DNA of 49,818 nt. Source: an uncultured delta proteobacterium (lineage in GTDB: Bacteria; Myxococcota; Kuafuiibacteriia; Kuafuiibacteriales; Kuafuiibacteriaceae). The stretch lies in contig CAWDML010000013.1 in NCBI GenBank assembly GCA_963803435.1, forward strand, positions 1 to 49,818, given 5' to 3'. Of this stretch, positions 47,435 to 49,818 are shown one piece after another. Below the pieces are notes generated by a model that was not told the DNA's origin, did no database searches, and saw only the letters and a list, made by a program, of their open reading frames with translations. The first letter of the stretch is position 1, and each line of letters opens with the position of its first letter. Both the position numbers and the translations under genes were made by a program.

Positions 47435-48971
47435 TCAGGTCTCGACGCTGACGGTAAAGACGCCGACGACCTGGCCGTCCCGGGTGACGCCGACGATGAA
47501 CAAATCAATCGCGCCGAGGAGCGGTCCGGTCGGAGAGAGGCGCTCGCCGATGCGGAAGAGGCGCACGTCGATCAGCTCCTCGGTCAGGATCGTGCGGAGC
47601 TGCCGGTACGGGATCACGAGCGCGTACATGCTCTCGTCCCACCAGGGCTGCGGCTCCGTGTAGCGATCGAAGAAGTCATCGACGTCGGCCTCTTCGACCG
47701 CGCGCTCGGCGAGCGTCGCCTCTTCGGGGCGAGGCTGGTAGACGCCGGCGATCACCGACTTGACGGTGGCCGCGGTCGGGGCCGTGGGTTGGTCTTGGAT
47801 CCGGACGACGCCCCACCGCCGGTCGGACTCGCTCAGGTGGTAGAGGTCCGGCAGCGCCGTCACGCGCTCGAGCCGCGCGACGGTCTCGAGCCCCGTCGGC
47901 CAGCGGGTCTGCCAGCGGGCGCGCCAACCGACGTACTCGCCGCTCTCGCCGCGGACGTCGTCGATGAAGTGGAGCGTCCAGGGGCCGTTAGCGGAGGCAA
48001 TCGCGGGGACGTCGGTGAGCTGTACGGTGGCGCCGTAGGTCGGGCCGTTCGCGGTTGGATCCCGATCGATCGGGATGAGGTCGCCCTCGGGGCTCTCGAG
48101 CTCGAAGTGCAGGTCGCCGGGTCGTGGATGGACCACGTCGAGGTGCAGGTCGATGCGCTCGACCACCGGCGCGAGCCCGAACACCGACACGCCGGCGCCG
48201 GTCCCGCCCGCCTGTGCGTCCGGGATCGATCCGCGCCCTTCGTCGACCCACTCCACCAATCGCCAGGCCGTCGCGTCCGGATCGACGCAGCGCCCGACCT
48301 GCTGTCCGAGCGCCGGACGGCCGACGCAGCTGAGACCGCCCGCACAGGGCTGGTCGCGGCTGCAGAATCGGCGCCTCAGGGAGGGCGAGGTCGACATAGT
48401 CGCGCAGCAGTCGGAGCGCGGTGGCGCCGACATGGGAGACGGCGGCGAGCTCGGTCATGGAGGCGATCGGTCGGGCCGCCACGATGTTGACCGCGGCGCG
48501 CCAATCGAGACGGACCGACTCGTCGAGCGTCTGCTGGGCGGCGCTGTTGACGAGCTCGAGCGTGCGCCGCGCCTGCTCCTCCGTGAAGTAGATGCCGTCG
48601 AAGGTCCCGGCGTTCCCCGGCGGAACGTCGTAGCCATGCGCCCTCGCGTAGGCCTCGAGCTTGTCGAAGGCGCTCTGGCCGACGTACGGCACCGCGTCCA
48701 CCTCGCGGATCGAGTCGAAGCAATCGTCATCGCCGGTACCCGCGAGGCCGTCGGGACCGTCGCGGTGCGTGATCAGGTTCCGCGCGGCGCGCCGGTCGAG
48801 CGCGACGTCGACGTCGAGGAGGTCGAAGCTGGTCTCGGGCGCGTTCAGCAGCGCGAGCACCCGATCACCCTCGGGCGTTCCTTCATGGATGGTCAGCTCG
48901 AGCGCCTCTTCGGAGGACTCGAGGCCTCCGCAGCCGGTCGCGATCAGGAGCAGGGGGAGCAGCCGACGCAC
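47435..48971 (-). CDS. Lipoprotein: two ComEA-like HhH modules, Cys-rich linker, proprotein-convertase P-domain, NuiA-like domain; frameshift at ~48375
   Basis: IATGC lipobox; LDRRAARNLITHR...EVDAVPYVGQSA and LDWRAAVNIVAARP...ELAAVSHVGATA; HPRPGDLHFELESPEG...NGPWTLHFIDD; LYHLSESD...FIVGVTRDGQVVGVFTVSVET. Confidence 0.78.
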
Positions 48972-49087
48972 GCGGGTGCGGTAGGCCGTGCCGCCTGCGG
49001 TTGGCAAGCGGTCGACCGGTGGGCCCGCGGGGTGGCGAAGACCGTTCCGCTCGACACTGGAAATCCGTTCAGACTACCCTCGCACCG

Positions 49088-49678
49088 ATGCAGCAGAGCC
49101 TCTTCGGCCGGCGCCCGCCCAGCGCCGACCTCACGCTCTCACGGGTCCGGCGGATCGAGCTCGGCGAAGACGCCTGGGTCGATCACCTCCCCGGCTGGGT
49201 CGACGGCCACGCGGAGCTGTTCGAGGTCCTCCGCACCACCACCGGCTGGGAGAGGGCGCGCCGCTGGATGTACGACCGCACGGTCGACGTGCCGCGCCTG
49301 TTCGGATCGATCCCCGACGACGGCCCCGGCCACCCGATCCTCTTCGAGCTGAAGGAAGCGCTCACCCGCCGCTACGGCGAGTCGTACGATCGGATCAGCA
49401 TCGCCTACTACCGCGACGGTCAGGACAGCGTCGCGTGGCACGGCGACAAGGTCGACGGCCGCGACTGCGTCATCCCGATCCTCTCCGTCGGTGCGCCGCG
49501 CAAGTTCCTGATGAAGCACAAGGCCTCGACACGCTCGCTCACCTTCCGCGTCGGCTGGGGCGATCTCCTCGTGATGGGCGGCTCCTGCCAGCGGACCTGG
49601 AGGCACGCGGTGCCAAAGCAGACCTACGCCGATCCGCGCATGGCGATCATGTTCCGCCAGAGCTGGATCCAGGAGTGA
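49088..49678 (+). CDS. AlkB-family 2OG-Fe(II) dioxygenase
   Basis: VDVPRL, YYRDGQDSVAWHGD, LSVGAPRKF, GDLLVMGG, WRHAVPK, PRMAIMFR. Confidence 0.92.
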   Translation: MQQSLFGRRPPSADLTLSRVRRIELGEDAWVDHLPGWVDGHAELFEVLRTTTGWERARRWMYDRTVDVPRLFGSIPDDGPGHPILFELKEALTRRYGESYDRISIAYYRDGQDSVAWHGDKVDGRDCVIPILSVGAPRKFLMKHKASTRSLTFRVGWGDLLVMGGSCQRTWRHAVPKQTYADPRMAIMFRQSWIQE

Positions 49679-49818
49679 GCGCGACGACCTCGTGGACCGC
49701 ACGGCGTTCAACCGAGCGAGGAGAAGAAGCGAGCGAACCATGTCGTGGCGAATCAAGGTGCGGAGCGCGAGCTGATCGCCGGGCGGGGATCGGCACGCTG
49801 CCTCGAACCCGGGGCGCC

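Overview
Very GC-rich bacterial window with a Myxococcota-like gene set (inference): two Hanks-type Ser/Thr kinases, an FHA regulator, TPR/Pro-rich and Cys-rich lipoproteins, and ECF sigma factors. No rRNA, tRNA or CRISPR array was seen. Many genes carry single-base frameshifts, probably long-read indel errors, so several CDSs are joined across frames. Mobile DNA: two apparently identical IS630 copies (1473-2661 and 38263-39451), each sitting in the terminal CTAG of an IS1182-like element. The more complete IS1182-like copy (36517-38266) has ~70-bp inverted ends containing (GGTCCC)n repeats and carries a four-helix-bundle passenger gene. Best candidate for an undescribed system: an ECF sigma factor fused to ankyrin repeats and a catalytically dead, shortened F1-ATPase beta-like domain (32657-34439). 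Other candidates: a HhH/P-domain/NuiA lipoprotein, a tandem pair of large paralogous exported proteins (one with an inserted LysM), a porin + small PBP-like protein + histidine kinase + receiver operon, a divergent amidoligase-like gene next to a Zn peptidase, and several deletion scars. All family assignments come from motif recognition by eye; no searches were run.
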